50,261 bases of DNA, taken from contig JAGXIJ010000125.1 of assembly GCA_024635675.1 (NCBI GenBank), positions 1 to 50,261 of the forward strand, given 5' to 3'. Shown here one piece after another: positions 19,759 through 29,651 of this stretch. Numbering within the stretch: position 1 is the first letter of the stretch; each line of letters begins with the position of its first letter. The notes under the pieces are model-generated. The model saw nothing but the letters and a program-made list of their open reading frames with translations. It was not told the origin of the DNA and did no database searches. Position numbers and translations under genes: made by a program. The stretch is from Gillisia sp. Its GTDB lineage: Bacteria > Bacteroidota > Bacteroidia > Flavobacteriales > Flavobacteriaceae.

Positions 19759-22700
19759 ATGAAACGCAATTTACTCTTATGTATATCAGCTGTTTTACTG
19801 TCCTTATCTGGTTTTTCTCAGGTAACCACAGCAGAAATTAGCGGTATTGTTTATGAAGACCAAAATCTTTTGCTCCCTGGAGCCAATGTTACAGCTATTC
19901 ATACACCCACAGGTACTACTTATGGTGCGGTTACGAATTTTGACGGACGTTTTAACTTACTAAACCTTAGAGTTGGTGGGCCTTACACAATTACTGTAAG
20001 TTACGTAGGATTTAAAAACTACATTATTAATGACGTTAACTTAAGCCTTGGGCAAACTGTTAACTTAAATATTGCTATGATTTCTGACGCTGCAATGTTA
20101 GATGCGGTAGTGATCTCCGGTTCTAAGAACAATGTTATGAACAGTGATCGTACTGGTGCAGAAACAAGTATTGGAAGCAGAGAATTAAAAACGTTGCCAT
20201 CTATTACAAGATCTGCAGCAGATTTTTACAGATTAGAGCCAACAGCTTCCAGCAATGGATCTTTTGGAGGTAGAAATGACCAATTCAACAACTTTAGTTT
20301 GGATGGTTCTATTTTCAACAATCCGTTTGGATTGGATGCAGCAACCCCGGGTGGGCAAACCAATGCTCAGCCAGTATCCTTAGATGCAATAGACCAGATT
20401 CAGGTTTCTACTGCACCCTATGATGTTACTCAGGCCGGATTTACAGGAGCCTCTGTAAATGCTGTTACTAAGAGTGGATCTAATACAATTAAAGGAACGG
20501 TATACGGTTTCTACCGTAATCAAGATATGACTGGTGGTAAAGTTGCCGGCGATGAAATTCTTGTTCCAGACTTAAAACAAGTTCAATATGGAGCTAGTAT
20601 TGGTGGACCAATTGTTAAAAACAAATTATTCTACTTCGCTAACTTTGAGATTGATGATAGAGAAGACCTAGGATCTAACTTCCTAGCTTCAAGATCGGGA
20701 TTAACCGGATCTAACGTATCTCGTGTTTCTGCAGAAGATCTTGACTACGTTTCTACAGAATTAGGAAAACTAGGATATGATACTGGAGCTTACGAAGGCT
20801 TTACACATAAAACAGAATCTACAAAAGGGATCTTTAAATTAGATTGGAATGCAAGTGATAATCACAGAGTAGCATTTATTTATAACTTTCTTAGGGCATC
20901 CAGAGACGTTCCTGCTAACCGTGAAGCAATTGGACGTAGAGGCCCGGATTTAACTACGCTGCAATTCCAGAATTCCGGATATAGAATCAATAACAATATC
21001 GACTCTTTCTTAGTTGAATTGAACTCTAACTTCGGAAATAACATCTCTAACAAGTTTCAGGCTGGATATACTTACTTTGACGATAGTCGTGATCCATTCT
21101 CAGCGCCGGCACCAGCTATCAGTATTCAAAAAGATGGTGTTCGTTACATCGTTGCGGGACATGAGCCATTCTCTATAAATAATAAATTAGAGCAAAACGT
21201 TTATCAAATCACTAACAACCTGAACATAGTGTCTGGAAGCCATAAATTTACTTTAGGTGCTAGTTTTGAGCGTTTCGAATTTGATAATTCTTTTAATTTA
21301 GGAGCATATACTTATGGTAATGCAAATGGTGTAGTTGGTGTTTTTGGACCAGATTTCAGTAGCGTTTACGAAGATTCATCTATTCCAGGTCTTAGTTTTC
21401 AAGAAGCAGCTGAAAACGGTCTTCTAGGTGAAGCTTTGGCTAATGCGAAAAACGTATATGACTCTAATAATGCAAATAATTCCTGGGCACTTGCTGAAAC
21501 GAATGTTGGTCAGTTATCATTTTACGGTCAAGACAGATGGAAAGTAACCGTTAAGTTTACTTTTACCTATGGGCTTAGAGTAGATCAACCATTATACTTT
21601 GATACTCAGGATAAAATAAAAGAGAATATTGAAAGAGGTGCTGGAGGAACATTCCCTGACGGAAATTATCAGCCAGATATCACTTACTACGATGAGAACG
21701 GGAACCCAACTAAACTTAACAGTTTAGAATTACCTTCTAAGAAATTATTGTTCTCTCCTAGATTAGGATTTAATTACGATGTAAGAGGAGATAAAACATT
21801 CCAAGTACGCGGTGGAACTGGAGTATTTACAGGTCGTTTACCATTCGTATGGATTGGGAATCAGGTTGCTAATCCTAACTTCTTTTTCTACACAACTTCT
21901 GCACCGGACTTTAAATATCCACAAGTATGGAGAAACAGTTTAGGTTTAGATTATAAATTTGAAAATGGAATTCTTGCAACAACGGATGTTATTTACACAA
22001 AGGATCTAAATGCTCAAATAGTAAGAAACTACGGTTTAGCTACACCAACAGGAACTTTAAATGGTGTTGATGGAAGAGTTGTTTATACAGATGCAGACAG
22101 ATCTAAACATGAATTTGGGGGAGTAACAAATGCATATGTATTCTCTAATACAGATGTTGGATATTCTTTCAACTGGTCTACTAAATTGCAAAAGACTTTT
22201 ACTAATGGTTTGTTTGCAAGTATTGCTTACAATTATTTGAAAGCTGAAGATGCTAGTTCTCTAGATGCAGAGATCTCTAGTGATGCTTACGACAGAAACC
22301 CTGCTTTAGGAAACGTGAACGTAGCAAGAAGCAGTACTTCAAGATACGGTGACAAGCATAGAATTGTTGGACAATTAAATAAGTCTTTCAGTTATGGTGC
22401 AAATAAGCAATGGAGAACTTCTTTTGGTGCATTCTATGAATATGCTCAAGGAGGAAGATTCTCTTATACCTATTCAGGAGATATCAATAACGATGGTTCT
22501 GGATTGAACGATTTAATTTACGTTCCTACACTGTCTGATTTGGACTCTTACCAATTCTCAGGAGACGCAACTCAACAATCAACACAACGTGCTGCTTTAG
22601 ATACTTATATCGCTCAGGATGATTACTTAAGTGGTCGAAGAGGTGAGTATGCTGAAAAATACGCGGGCATTAGCCCATGGAAAGGTCGTTGGGATGTTAA

Positions 22701-22968
22701 GGTTTTACAGGATTACGATCTTAAAGTAGGAGAAACTAAAACGAATACTATACAGTTAAGTTTAGACATCTTAAACTTTGGAAACTTATTGAATTCAGAT
22801 TGGGGAGTAATCCAACTTCCAATTAACGATCAGCCAATTGGTGTAAGTGTAGACGAAACTAATACTCCGGTATATAGTTTTGATCCATCACAGAAAAACA
22901 CTTTTGCTAATGACTTTAGCTTAGATTCAAGATGGCAAATGCAAGTAGGTTTACGTTATATATTTTAA
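19759..22968 (+). CDS. Oar-like TonB-dependent outer-membrane receptor with carboxypeptidase regulatory-like N-domain
   Basis: Signal peptide, 'LPGANV.AIH.PTGT.YG..TN.DG.F...NLRVGGPY', 'P.SLDAI.QIQV..APYDV.Q.GFTGA.VNAVTKSG.N', 'SPRLGFN', C-terminal 'Q.GLRYIF'. Confidence 0.92.
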   Translation: MKRNLLLCISAVLLSLSGFSQVTTAEISGIVYEDQNLLLPGANVTAIHTPTGTTYGAVTNFDGRFNLLNLRVGGPYTITVSYVGFKNYIINDVNLSLGQTVNLNIAMISDAAMLDAVVISGSKNNVMNSDRTGAETSIGSRELKTLPSITRSAADFYRLEPTASSNGSFGGRNDQFNNFSLDGSIFNNPFGLDAATPGGQTNAQPVSLDAIDQIQVSTAPYDVTQAGFTGASVNAVTKSGSNTIKGTVYGFYRNQDMTGGKVAGDEILVPDLKQVQYGASIGGPIVKNKLFYFANFEIDDREDLGSNFLASRSGLTGSNVSRVSAEDLDYVSTELGKLGYDTGAYEGFTHKTESTKGIFKLDWNASDNHRVAFIYNFLRASRDVPANREAIGRRGPDLTTLQFQNSGYRINNNIDSFLVELNSNFGNNISNKFQAGYTYFDDSRDPFSAPAPAISIQKDGVRYIVAGHEPFSINNKLEQNVYQITNNLNIVSGSHKFTLGASFERFEFDNSFNLGAYTYGNANGVVGVFGPDFSSVYEDSSIPGLSFQEAAENGLLGEALANAKNVYDSNNANNSWALAETNVGQLSFYGQDRWKVTVKFTFTYGLRVDQPLYFDTQDKIKENIERGAGGTFPDGNYQPDITYYDENGNPTKLNSLELPSKKLLFSPRLGFNYDVRGDKTFQVRGGTGVFTGRLPFVWIGNQVANPNFFFYTTSAPDFKYPQVWRNSLGLDYKFENGILATTDVIYTKDLNAQIVRNYGLATPTGTLNGVDGRVVYTDADRSKHEFGGVTNAYVFSNTDVGYSFNWSTKLQKTFTNGLFASIAYNYLKAEDASSLDAEISSDAYDRNPALGNVNVARSSTSRYGDKHRIVGQLNKSFSYGANKQWRTSFGAFYEYAQGGRFSYTYSGDINNDGSGLNDLIYVPTLSDLDSYQFSGDATQQSTQRAALDTYIAQDDYLSGRRGEYAEKYAGISPWKGRWDVKVLQDYDLKVGETKTNTIQLSLDILNFGNLLNSDWGVIQLPINDQPIGVSVDETNTPVYSFDPSQKNTFANDFSLDSRWQMQVGLRYIF

Positions 22969-22992
22969 TATAACCAGATCTATATAAAATTT

Positions 22993-23021
22993 AAAACTGC
23001 CCCATGTGGGCAGTTTTTTTT
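22993..23021 (+). terminator. Intrinsic terminator (possibly bidirectional)
   Basis: AAAACTGCCC-CATGT-GGGCAGTTTTTTTT. Confidence 0.85.
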
Positions 23022-23184
23022 GTTTATACCTAGTGGTATTTAGACGGAGAGAATCTAGTAAAGGAATTTCTAAACAGCATTAGATACCAACCTTCCATTT
23101 CCTTTTGGAAGCTGTGATTATTCAATGGTTTTAAAAAGAATATTGTAAAGTTTTGGGCTTTTCTGAATAACGAAAAGGAAGTTC

Positions 23185-24261
23185 CTAATTGGTAGTGGGT
23201 ATAGGATCTGCATTTATCATATATTCTTTCTTTTCCATAAGGTCGGCAAGATAAGCTGCGTCCTTCTTAACCCCACCTAGTGTTGCAGAACCTCTAGTAT
23301 GTAACCAGGGAAGGCCAATAAAGAAAAGACCTTTTATTGCACTTACTCCTCTTTGATTTTTAGGATAGCCTTTCTTATCTAATTCTAAGCCTTGAATCCA
23401 ATTGAAATTGGGGCGGTACCCAGTGGCCCAAACTATATTTTTAATAGTGGAAACTTCATCATTTTCAAATGTGATGTCTTTTCCATCAGCACTTAAGGCT
23501 CTACCAACAGGGATCACATTCTTCCTGTTTAATATTTCCTTGATATCAAGACCTATAATTGGCTGGGGTCTGTTTTCAATCATTTTACCAATCCATGAAT
23601 GTTTGCTGGAACTAAGAAATCCGGATATGGTGAACCACCACCATAAAGTTTTTCCTAAGATCTCTTGGGGTAATGTTTTAACATCTGAAGGACCTGCGAA
23701 ATAAGTTTTTTTGCCATGCTTAGAAACTTCATCCAGGATTTGAAAGCCTGAATCCCCACCACCTACTACCAAGGCATCACCTTCTTGTAGTTGCTCAAGA
23801 TTCTTATAATAATTACTATGTATTTGGGTAACCTTCTTATTGATCTTTATTGAAAATGGGGGAGTATAAGGGGTATGAAAAGGCCCTGTAGCGATAATAA
23901 CATTCTGGCATTTAAACTCACCATGCTCATGCTTCAATGTAAATATCCCTTTCTTCTTTTCTATTGAAGAGATAAGTGTGTTGAATTGAATTGGGATCTC
24001 GAATTTTTGAACATAAGATTCAAAATAGGCTGCCACTTCATATTTATTGGGATAGTGACCTTTGGGAGCCGGGAATTCCATTCCTTCCAAATGATTGAAT
24101 TCTGTAGGAGTAAAAAGTGTAAGGGAATCCCATCTGCTTAACCAGGATTCTCCAATTTTATCTTCCTTATCTACAACGAGAAAAGATTTCCCCAGTTGCT
24201 TTAAATGATAAGCCATACTTAGGCCAGCTTGTGCGCTGCCTACAATAATAAAATCCAACAT
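23185..24261 (-). CDS. NAD(P)/FAD-dependent oxidoreductase, flavin monooxygenase-like (CzcO/ArsO-type)
   Basis: GSAQAG, W..RWDSL.LFTP, ATG, 'HSNYYKN', GGGDSG, WATGY, GLPWL.TRGSA.LGGV..DA. Confidence 0.88.
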   Translation of the reverse strand: MLDFIIVGSAQAGLSMAYHLKQLGKSFLVVDKEDKIGESWLSRWDSLTLFTPTEFNHLEGMEFPAPKGHYPNKYEVAAYFESYVQKFEIPIQFNTLISSIEKKKGIFTLKHEHGEFKCQNVIIATGPFHTPYTPPFSIKINKKVTQIHSNYYKNLEQLQEGDALVVGGGDSGFQILDEVSKHGKKTYFAGPSDVKTLPQEILGKTLWWWFTISGFLSSSKHSWIGKMIENRPQPIIGLDIKEILNRKNVIPVGRALSADGKDITFENDEVSTIKNIVWATGYRPNFNWIQGLELDKKGYPKNQRGVSAIKGLFFIGLPWLHTRGSATLGGVKKDAAYLADLMEKKEYMINADPIPTTN

Positions 24262-24363
24262 TTTTTCGGGTTTAATGCAAAGATAATAGACTTAAGTGGT
24301 CTAAAATAACTTTGGTCAAGCTTTAAAATAGTTATAAGTAGTATATGTTATGATTCTATCAAC

Positions 24364-24401
24364 AAAAAAATCCGCATTCAATATTTAATTGAATGCGGAT
24401 T
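24364..24401 (-). terminator. Intrinsic terminator after the TonB transducer
   Basis: 14-bp stem AATCCGCATTCAAT / ATTGAATGCGGATT with T-run on the minus strand. Confidence 0.85.
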
Positions 24402-24421
24402 ATATAAACTTTTATTGTGTT

Positions 24422-27400
24422 CTAGAATTTGAAAGCAATATTGGTAAATATTCTTGTACCATCAATTCCAAATTGAGTGGTTTGCCAAGGGTATTTAAAT
24501 CTCCCTACAAAATCTAAGTTTCTGTCATTAGGGACACCTCCATTAGCGCTATACGCGTCGGCGAAGGTATCTGGATACACATTGAATAAATTATTAGCTC
24601 CAGCGGTTAAAGTGATTTTCTCTGTGAAAGCATAACTAAAGCTAATGTTAGTTAATAACTTACCACCATAGGTTGCATCATCTGCCGGGTTACTTGAATG
24701 TCTATAAGTAACTTTTCCGTAGTGCATCATGGATAAGTTCGTAGAGAATTTATCTAGGCTGTAATTTACAGAACCTATAATCTTAGATCTAGGTCTCCAT
24801 GATTCTACACGAGATACATCTTCTCTAGAGAACAAGGCATCTCCTAAATTGTTATCCTCAATGAATTTTGGAAACTGAGTGCTTTGAACTTCTGTTTTAT
24901 TAAAGTTGGCAGCAATACTACCACTCAAAAAGCCTTTTCCAAGTTCGAGATTGTCATAACTAAATACAATATCAATTCCCTTAGTACGTGTATCAATAGC
25001 ATTTAAAAAGAATCCTGCTGCTCCTACATTCACACTAGATAAGGTTTGATCTATTGGACTGCTAGGATCTCCGGTTGGAGTTACCTGACCAGAAAGTACA
25101 ATTCTATCATCTACATCTATTTGATACACATCCATTGTAATTCCAATTTTTCTGGTAAAACGGTATGTTAAACCCGCTCCAATATTAAAGGAAGTTTCAG
25201 CATCTAGTTCTGGAATCCCTAAGGCGCGTAATGCAGGATTTGCATTGTTCAAAATTCCATTTTGTTGTATCCCATTTTCTGTAAGGGTGGTAGTAGTTGC
25301 CGTATAATAAATTTGGTGTAAGGCTGGTGCTCTAAAGCCAGTACTTATAGAACCTCTAATGGCTAATTTGTCATCTAAGGTTTTATATCTGGTGTTTGCT
25401 TTCCAGCTTACATTAGATCCAAAGTCAGAATAATTCTCAAAACGTAAAGCACCTCCCAGTAGGAAGTCTTCCGTTATATCTGCTGTAACATCTGTATAAA
25501 GTCCTAAATTACTTCTGTAATCATTGGAAGCGTTTTCGGGGCTAAATCCACCAAAAGATTCAGATCCAGTTCTATCATCTGGATTATCTGGGCTTCCATC
25601 TCCATAAGAAGCAAATTCTCCTGCTTCTGTAACAAAACGTTCTGTACGATGCTCTGCACCAAATCCTATAGTTAATGAATTTATTCCGGTATCTTCAAAT
25701 GATCTTACGATATCAAGATTATTTACTACATGGCTAAATTGATGAGCCCCATTGTAAAAGTCCGATGGGCTACTTGCTCCAAAAGATTGATTAAAGGAAT
25801 TTTCAATATAATAATCTATTCGGTTCTGTCCCATGGTAGAACTTAAATCGAAGTCCCACTTATTAAATGTAGTTCTTAAACCTAAAGCAAGTGTGTAATC
25901 GTTAATTCTAGGTGCCATTTCTGCTAAGAAAAAATCTGTGCCCGGATAAATTTGTTCAAAACCAGGAACCCAGTAAGGTACTCTCGCAAATTGAGGAGAA
26001 GATCCCGTTCTATTAGCTAAGGTACCAAATGAATAAATTTCGGTATTAGTTTCTTCATCTAAGGTATAACCTGTATTGTAAGCGAAATTGGTGATGGTTA
26101 TATCTGGTGATCCCACTTGGAATCCGGCACTCGGATTACGTTGTAAGAATGATTGTAAATCTGATGTTGAAAAATCTGTATCATCTGTAACTCCCCAATA
26201 GTTAGCTTCATCTTCCAAGCTGGTTATTGTTCCTGCTCGTTGAGTTCTTTTCTGGTCGAAATAACTAAAAGTGAAGTTAGCAAAGCCTTTATCGGCTATT
26301 TTAACTCCAAATCCAGTTTCTATTTGATACTGTTCTCCATCCCCTTCGGTAGTTACACTATAGCTGGTGTTTATAAATGGGTCCGAATTTTCTTTAAGTA
26401 CCAGATTGACTACTCCGGCAACGGCATCAGAACCATATTGGGCGGCAGCTCCATCTCGAAGTATCTCTACTCGTTCTAAAGCAGCAGAAGGTATTGCTTT
26501 CATATCTACACCCACTTCACCACGACCAGGAGTTACATAACTATAAACTAATGCACTTAAGTTCTTTCTTTTACCATTTACCAATACCAAAGTTCTACTA
26601 GGAAATAAACCCCTAAGACCAGCAGGACTAAAATGTGCTGCTGCATCAGATACCGGTTGTTCTGTAGAATTATAGGATGGCACTTTAGCCATTAATTGTT
26701 GATCCAGAACTCCTTTTCCGGTTTGTTTTAATTCTGCGGTTGAGATATTATCAACCGGTACCGGAGAATCGAAAGATGTTCTTGGTTTTCCGCGACTTCC
26801 AATAATTACAACATCGTCTAATCTTGCGGCATCATCTTCTAATATAATATTAATTATAGTTTGTTCTGCAACAACAATTTCAACTGTTTTAAAACCAATA
26901 TAGCTTATTACAAGAATAGATTCTTCTTCAACATCAATACTAAAATTACCATCAAAATCTGTGGATGTTCCTCTTGATGTGCCTTTAATAAACACATTAA
27001 CTCCAGGCAATGGCATACCATTATTATTAGTTATCGTACCTGATATCTGTTTTTGTTGATTATTTTTAATAAATATATCGGACTTTTCGTTAATTACAAT
27101 TGAATTGTTTTCTAAAACTTCAAAATTGTAATTGCTAACTGAAAAACATTTCTTCAACAATTTATTAAGTTTAATAGTTCCTTTAGTTATTTGAACCTCA
27201 GGTAAACCGTTAAATAAATCGGTTTGATAAATAAATTTATAATCCGTTTGATTACTAATTATTTTGAAAACTTCATCAATTGTTACCGTTCTATCTTGGT
27301 TTATTTTCACTTTAACATTTTGAGATAAAACATTATTTGGAGTGAAGCTGAAAACTACAGAGCAGAAAAAGAATATTAAAGTTTTCATGATGTTTGTTAG

Positions 27401-27448
27401 AAGTTTTTTTCTAGAAAAAAGCAAAACTTTAGTTGGTTTAATTTCCAT
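24422..27448 (-). CDS. TonB-dependent receptor/transducer with N-terminal STN-like signalling domain and carboxypeptidase regulatory-like domain (non-SusC barrel)
   Basis: 'TIDEVF.II..QTDY.FIY' signalling domain; 'ISGTI....G.PLPGVNV.IKGT..GT.TDFDG.F'; plug 'GSR...R...DSPVPVD', 'LRGL...RTLVLVNGKR', 'IP..ALERVEILRDGAAAQYGSDA.AGV'; C-terminal F. Confidence 0.92.
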   Translation of the reverse strand: MEIKPTKVLLFSRKKLLTNIMKTLIFFFCSVVFSFTPNNVLSQNVKVKINQDRTVTIDEVFKIISNQTDYKFIYQTDLFNGLPEVQITKGTIKLNKLLKKCFSVSNYNFEVLENNSIVINEKSDIFIKNNQQKQISGTITNNNGMPLPGVNVFIKGTSRGTSTDFDGNFSIDVEEESILVISYIGFKTVEIVVAEQTIINIILEDDAARLDDVVIIGSRGKPRTSFDSPVPVDNISTAELKQTGKGVLDQQLMAKVPSYNSTEQPVSDAAAHFSPAGLRGLFPSRTLVLVNGKRKNLSALVYSYVTPGRGEVGVDMKAIPSAALERVEILRDGAAAQYGSDAVAGVVNLVLKENSDPFINTSYSVTTEGDGEQYQIETGFGVKIADKGFANFTFSYFDQKRTQRAGTITSLEDEANYWGVTDDTDFSTSDLQSFLQRNPSAGFQVGSPDITITNFAYNTGYTLDEETNTEIYSFGTLANRTGSSPQFARVPYWVPGFEQIYPGTDFFLAEMAPRINDYTLALGLRTTFNKWDFDLSSTMGQNRIDYYIENSFNQSFGASSPSDFYNGAHQFSHVVNNLDIVRSFEDTGINSLTIGFGAEHRTERFVTEAGEFASYGDGSPDNPDDRTGSESFGGFSPENASNDYRSNLGLYTDVTADITEDFLLGGALRFENYSDFGSNVSWKANTRYKTLDDKLAIRGSISTGFRAPALHQIYYTATTTTLTENGIQQNGILNNANPALRALGIPELDAETSFNIGAGLTYRFTRKIGITMDVYQIDVDDRIVLSGQVTPTGDPSSPIDQTLSSVNVGAAGFFLNAIDTRTKGIDIVFSYDNLELGKGFLSGSIAANFNKTEVQSTQFPKFIEDNNLGDALFSREDVSRVESWRPRSKIIGSVNYSLDKFSTNLSMMHYGKVTYRHSSNPADDATYGGKLLTNISFSYAFTEKITLTAGANNLFNVYPDTFADAYSANGGVPNDRNLDFVGRFKYPWQTTQFGIDGTRIFTNIAFKF

Positions 27449-27460
27449 AAATTTGCGTGT

Positions 27461-27545
27461 GTAAATTGGTTAAAATTAATTGATTAATTACATAAGGGGG
27501 AGTAAATGTTTAGCGGTGAAATGTTAATACTTCCAACCCTTTTTT
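27461..27545 (+). ncRNA. Candidate cis-antisense sRNA to the transducer 5' leader (DonS-like layout)
   Basis: Plus-strand TAAATTTG (27448-27455) overlaps the transducer start codon; imperfect hairpin AAGGGGGAGTA...TACTTCCAACCCTT followed by a T-run at 27540-27545. Ends are approximate. Confidence 0.5.
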
Positions 27546-28695
27546 ATTTTAATATGATAGTATTACTATTTATTTCATAAGCATTAATAATTTTGGTTTG
27601 TTTAATTAAATCTAGTATATCTTCTATTTTTTGGTCTCGACTAAGCGCTCCATTAAATTCTGTGATTTCAAAAGATTTATTTTGAAAAATTATGTTAATA
27701 TCATACCATCTAGAAAGAACTTTCATAATTTCTTTTAGCGGTTTTTTGTGAAAGATGAATTCTCCATGGATCCAACTAATTTCACTATTAATATCAATTT
27801 CTTGAACCTTTATGTCATTGGTATTGATGTCAATAACTGACTGCTGTTTAGGTTTTAAAATTTTAGTTTTATTATTGTTTTTAACTAAAACTTTTCCCTC
27901 TACCAATGTTGTGTAAATAATATTCTCATCTTGATAGGCTTTTACATTAAACTCAGTTCCTAAGACTTCAATTTCTTGAACATCAGTAAGTATTTTAAAT
28001 TTTGAACCTTTATGTTTTGTACTTGGTGATACATCAAAATACGCTTCGCCATAAATAAGTTCAACTTGGCGTAGTTCTCCATCAATAAAACTTATTGGAT
28101 ACTTAAGTTGAGATTCAGAATTTAACCATACTTGGGTTCCGTCAGAGAGTTTGACGAAAAATTGACCTCCTCTCGGAATGGTGAGATAATTATAAGCGAT
28201 TTTAGAAGTTGTTTTATTTTTAGTGGTACCATAAACTATTTCCTCTCCGTTACTTTTAGCGTTTTTAGATTTAAAAGACCCTCCTTTCTCTAATAATACT
28301 ACCGAGCCGTCGCTTAGTGTTAGTGATGCTTTATTAGTTCCTGCTTCTATATCATTCACGACTACTGGAACACTTTCTACACGACTAATAAATATATCAT
28401 CTCTGAAAAGGTAGGTTGAAGCAAACATTCCAATAATTACAGCTGCGGCAACGTATTTTAATATGTTATTGATCTGATATTTTTCTTTTCGAATACTACG
28501 AACAATATTTTTTTTGGCTATTTTGATATCATACTTACTGATTGCCATATTCGAAAACGTATTGATCTTGATATATTCAAGAAACAGTATTTCATTCTTT
28601 GGGTTGCTTATCCATAGTTCCAATTGTCTAAGTTCATCGACATTTGATTCTTTGCTAAGAAACTTTATAATTAATATTTCTATATTTTTATCCAT
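27544..28695 (-). CDS. fecR: FecR family anti-sigma factor
   Basis: N-terminal 'L..W', TM 'YVAAAVIIG', 'N.L.IPRGG.F...LSDGT.VWLNSES.L.YP', 'R.VEL.YGEAYFDV', 'VLGTEFNV.AY', 'L.RWYD'. Confidence 0.93.
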   Translation of the reverse strand: MDKNIEILIIKFLSKESNVDELRQLELWISNPKNEILFLEYIKINTFSNMAISKYDIKIAKKNIVRSIRKEKYQINNILKYVAAAVIIGMFASTYLFRDDIFISRVESVPVVVNDIEAGTNKASLTLSDGSVVLLEKGGSFKSKNAKSNGEEIVYGTTKNKTTSKIAYNYLTIPRGGQFFVKLSDGTQVWLNSESQLKYPISFIDGELRQVELIYGEAYFDVSPSTKHKGSKFKILTDVQEIEVLGTEFNVKAYQDENIIYTTLVEGKVLVKNNNKTKILKPKQQSVIDINTNDIKVQEIDINSEISWIHGEFIFHKKPLKEIMKVLSRWYDINIIFQNKSFEITEFNGALSRDQKIEDILDLIKQTKIINAYEINSNTIILK

Positions 28696-28721
28696 TTATA
28701 TTATAACATCTATACTTCTAT

Positions 28722-28749
28722 AACGAAACTAAAACTACTATACCCCCCC
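28722..28749 (-). promoter_or_regulatory. Candidate ECF-sigma promoter for fecR-transducer (GGGGGGGTA-N15-CGTT)
   Basis: G-rich -35-like box and CGT -10-like box about 26 nt upstream of the fecR ATG; ECF-type geometry is inferred. Confidence 0.4.
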
Positions 28750-28801
28750 TCTTTGTTAAAAAAAAATTAAATTTGTTTTGATTTAATTTCATACTACCTA
28801 A

Positions 28802-29389
28802 TTGCGCTACGTATTTTCCAGTCAAAAAAAACTTATCAAACACCTTAAAAAAGGTGACACTCTTGCATACTCTTATATAGTAGATTTGTATTATAAAAAG
28901 CTATGTGATTATGCTAGTAACCTAGCCAGAGATAACTATAAATCGGAAGATATTGTTCAAAATGTTATTACTAGAATGTGGCAACATCGCAAAAAGTTAG
29001 ATGCTAATATTTCTATTAAGAATTACCTTTATAAATCAGTTTATAACGAATTTATAGATCAATACAGAAAGGAAAAAGCTGTTACCGTACTAGAGAAAAA
29101 GTATATAGAAGGTTTAGATAATTTTGTTGAATTAATAGATGAAAAAGAAGCCAATAGGCTATTGACTCTCGTACAACATGAAATAGAGAAATTGCCTCCT
29201 AAATGCAAAGAAACATTCTTATTGAGTAAGCAGGATGGCCTAACTTACGTTGAAATTGCTGAATATCAAAATGTGTCTGTGAACACCGTTGAAAAGCAAA
29301 TGGTTAAGGCTTTTTCAATTCTTAGAAAAAAAATGAAAGAAAAGGTAATGTCAATTATATTTTTATTGTTTGATACTCAAAAAACCTAG
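28802..29389 (+). CDS. ECF RNA polymerase sigma-70 factor (Bacteroidota FecI-like)
   Basis: 'SEDIVQNV..RMW..R', 'YLY.SV.N', region 4 'I.KLP.KCKE.FLLSK..GL.Y.EIA...NVS..TVE.Q...A...LR'. TTG start is uncertain. Confidence 0.93.
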   Translation: MRYVFSSQKKLIKHLKKGDTLAYSYIVDLYYKKLCDYASNLARDNYKSEDIVQNVITRMWQHRKKLDANISIKNYLYKSVYNEFIDQYRKEKAVTVLEKKYIEGLDNFVELIDEKEANRLLTLVQHEIEKLPPKCKETFLLSKQDGLTYVEIAEYQNVSVNTVEKQMVKAFSILRKKMKEKVMSIIFLLFDTQKT

Positions 29390-29427
29390 TTAATGATGCG
29401 AATCAAGGGTTAAAAAATTAAAGGAGA

Positions 29428-29651
29428 ATGAAGGCCGCGGCCAATTTTTCTAAAAACATGTACCAACAAACCTTTCGTTTACCTGACCTTGCTAGCCCTT
29501 TGAAAATCTGTTTTTTTCCATCAACCCATTGAAAAATGATACTATTGGTTGGCGCACGGCAGATACCGACCTCGAATACAGGTTATTGGCGGCCCTGTTA
29601 AACTTCTTTTTGTTTGCAGAGGGCATACACGTTTATAGTAACTTATCTTAA
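29428..29651 (+). pseudogene. Possible decayed N-terminal remnant of a CPA1 (NhaP-like) Na+/H+ antiporter
   Basis: Two frames joined near the T7 run (29511-29517): MKAAANFS..YQQTFRLP and DTDLEYRLLAALLNFFLFAEGIHV, recalling the 'LNFLLFAG.IH' motif. Weak, from memory of the family. Confidence 0.3.

Noticed and set aside
23185-27448. Flavin monooxygenase as part of the transducer operon (siderophore-type cluster)
   Set aside because: A strong terminator at 24364-24401 and a separate -7 element divide them; no siderophore synthetase is present.
29455-29595. attC-like site (TACCAAC...GTTATTGGCGG)
   Set aside because: Complementarity is poor and it occurs once; a coding remnant explains the segment at least as well.
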